From an uncultured delta proteobacterium (GTDB lineage Bacteria > Myxococcota > Myxococcia > Myxococcales > Anaeromyxobacteraceae), in NCBI GenBank assembly GCA_963814585.1, contig CAWFDF010000016.1, positions 45,966-109,965 of the forward strand: a DNA stretch of 64,000 nt, written 5' to 3'. The notes below the pieces were generated by a model. It was not told where the DNA came from, made no database searches, and saw only the letters and a list, made by a program, of their open reading frames with translations. The stretch's first letter is position 1, and each line of letters begins with the position of its first letter. Both the position numbers and the translations under genes were made by a program. Positions 62,383-64,000 of the stretch are shown here, piece by piece.

Positions 62383-63320
62383 TTACTATCCGTTCGGGAT
62401 GGTAATGGCGGGGATTAGTTCAAAGGCAGCGGGAAAAACACAGAACAAAAACAAGTTCAACGGAATTGAACAGAACAGCGATTTTGATCTTAACATGTAC
62501 GATGCCTTCTATCGAAACCTTGATCCGCAAATCGGTAGATTCTGGCAGGTAGATCCCTATACTGAAGAATTAGAAAGCTATTCGCCGTACGAGAGTATGG
62601 GTAATAACCCAGTCAACAATGTTGATCCCCTAGGAGATTTTAAAACATGGTTTGGAGCTTTCTTCCACAAAATATTTAATGGTGGAGGGGATGTTGGGAA
62701 GAATAAGTTTGGGAATGGTTTGTGCGTACAACGGAGACTTCTTATTCCGAAGAAGGGGGCCCTACGGTTACCGCCAATGTAACATATGGGAATGGTCGTA
62801 ATCGATCCTCCGCAGCCAGAGAAGAAGCAGCTAGCGACATGCGAGTTGCAACAGACATCTACATACATGGAGAAAACTCTATGTATCAAATGTATGCATC
62901 TCCTGAGGAAGCAGGAAAAGTCGCCCTGTCGATTGGTACCGGAGTCGTATTGCTTGAGCCGATTTTGAAAAACACAACATTTGCATTTAATTTAGCAAAG
63001 CTAAAGGCATCAATATCAAAATTAATGAGTGCAGCTCGAGTTGCTGATAAGAACGGATTAAGTCGAGTAGGAAGGGCCTTAAACAAGCATGGTGGTCGCG
63101 CAGGCAGTGTTTATCCAAAGGCATCAGGTAATCCTGAAGCTATTAATAAGCAGGGTGAAGCTATTTTAAAAGAGATTTTATCAAGCCCTGAGGTTGAAGT
63201 TGTAACGAGGCATCATGCTAGATTTGGAAATGTTTCATAGTATAAGCTTCCAAATGGCCGAGGTGCTAGATTTAGTGCCGACGGAAAAAGTTTTTCGGAT
63301 TTATAAATAAAGAGCAATGA
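62383..63320 (+). pseudogene. Orphan Rhs core plus putative nuclease-type toxin, cassette 2
   Basis: YYPFG…FNGIE…DPQIGRFWQVDP…NNVDPLG; frameshift ~62712, in-frame TAG 63238-63240, frameshift ~63293; C-terminus GRALNKHGGR…RHHARFG…GRGARF. Confidence 0.85.
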
Positions 63321-63541
63321 ATATATTTGAGATAATTATTGCATCCGTTCCAGACAGGGAAAACATAGTTGCCGAGATATGGCATAAACAAAAGATGTTA
63401 GCAGAAGTGAGTAATGAAAATGGTATTGTCGAAGTTGAGTTATATCCAGGAGACGTTACTAGAATGCCTCTTCATGCATTTTTAGATGTACTCACTGACG
63501 CACAAAAAATGATTGCTAATGAAGAACATCACGAAGCATAA
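63317..63541 (+). CDS. Putative small acidic immunity protein for cassette 2
   Basis: ATGA overlap with the reconstructed toxin end; 74 aa intact; IASVPDRENIVAEIW. Confidence 0.75.
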   Translation: MNIFEIIIASVPDRENIVAEIWHKQKMLAEVSNENGIVEVELYPGDVTRMPLHAFLDVLTDAQKMIANEEHHEA

Positions 63542-63855
63542 GCCTGCTGTGTATAAAAATCCCTGATATAAGCGATAATCATTTTAAATAACAGTGTTTT
63601 TTCTTCCGGCAGGGCGGATATTTTTTTAAACTGATTAATGAGTTCTGTATCTTTTAAGGAAGCCAGTGTCTTACTTTCTTTATCTCCCATCACCAGGTAA
63701 TAAATGGTGGTGCCAAATACGTCTGCAGTGCTTTTAGAACATCTGCCGGCGGGGTAATATTTCTAATCTCATAATGGGCCATCTGGATATGAGAGCTCGC
63801 AATTTTTTTTGCCAAATCAGCCTGGGTTAATCCGGCTTTAAGTTGTAACCGGATA
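63529..63855 (-). pseudogene. Second decayed XRE-family regulator (not in the ORF track)
   Basis: Manual translation GLTQADLAKKI…HYE…PPADVLK / DVFGTT…YLVMG / YIRDFYTQQAYAS* across frameshifts; parallels the first XRE C-terminus (YIRDAKARKAYAH). Confidence 0.75.
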
Positions 63856-63957
63856 AATGGTGTAGACCGGGGAAATAAAATAACTTTTTTTGCTGACAGG
63901 AATACACTAAAACAGATCTATTGTGAAGCTGGGTTTATTCTTTCAATTGCAGGTTCT

Positions 63958-64000
63958 AAAAATAAACCGGCCAGGGAAAGGGAAAAACATGTTATTTTTA
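63958..64000. repeat. Intercassette motif, copy 2
   Basis: AAATAAACCGGCCAGGGAAAGGGAAAAACATG. Confidence 0.65.

Noticed and set aside
60440..63086. Short minus-strand ORFs 60440..60685, 62578..62889 and 62886..63086
   Set aside because: Antisense to the Rhs cassettes, with no recognisable features
59430..64000. Genuine genomic island acquired by the myxobacterium
   Set aside because: No mobility genes or att site at the boundary and genes are cut mid-frame; kept only as a testable alternative

Overview
The window has two sharply different parts. Positions 1 to ~59430 are very GC-rich DNA with Myxococcota (Anaeromyxobacter-like) gene content. In order: Mrp/ApbC; a SCO plus A2-type caa3 cytochrome c oxidase operon; two outer-membrane proteins; a divergent Cys/His/Met-rich cluster (two NosL-family proteins, a redoxin, a barrel protein, a FtsX/LolD-like ABC system) with no nosZ; EAL and PAS-GGDEF-EAL genes; a lipid/acyl-CoA neighbourhood (OYE, FadL, lipase, PaaK, Ptb/Buk, EtfAB, thioesterase, FabMG, thiolase); a DUF4105/DUF3015 pair; an HNH gene; rluA, PBP1A, an MCP, tatBC; and a truncated FrgA-like gene. 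A ~175 bp hairpin-forming, MITE-like repeat with compensatory base changes occurs twice in full (7791-7965, 47735-47912) and once as a fragment (57221-57284). At ~59430 the DNA switches abruptly, inside a 17 bp palindrome, to AT-rich Bacteroidota-like sequence. That part holds two orphan Rhs toxin/immunity cassettes, both starting at the same 30 bp YYPFG-coding repeat and each followed by a decayed XRE gene. The junction is most likely a chimera or misassembly. Several housekeeping genes carry single-base indels typical of long-read error. The best candidates for something undescribed are the nosZ-less NosL/ABC metal-trafficking cluster, the covarying MITE family and the Rhs cassette array. 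All family assignments come from motif recognition by eye; no searches were run.
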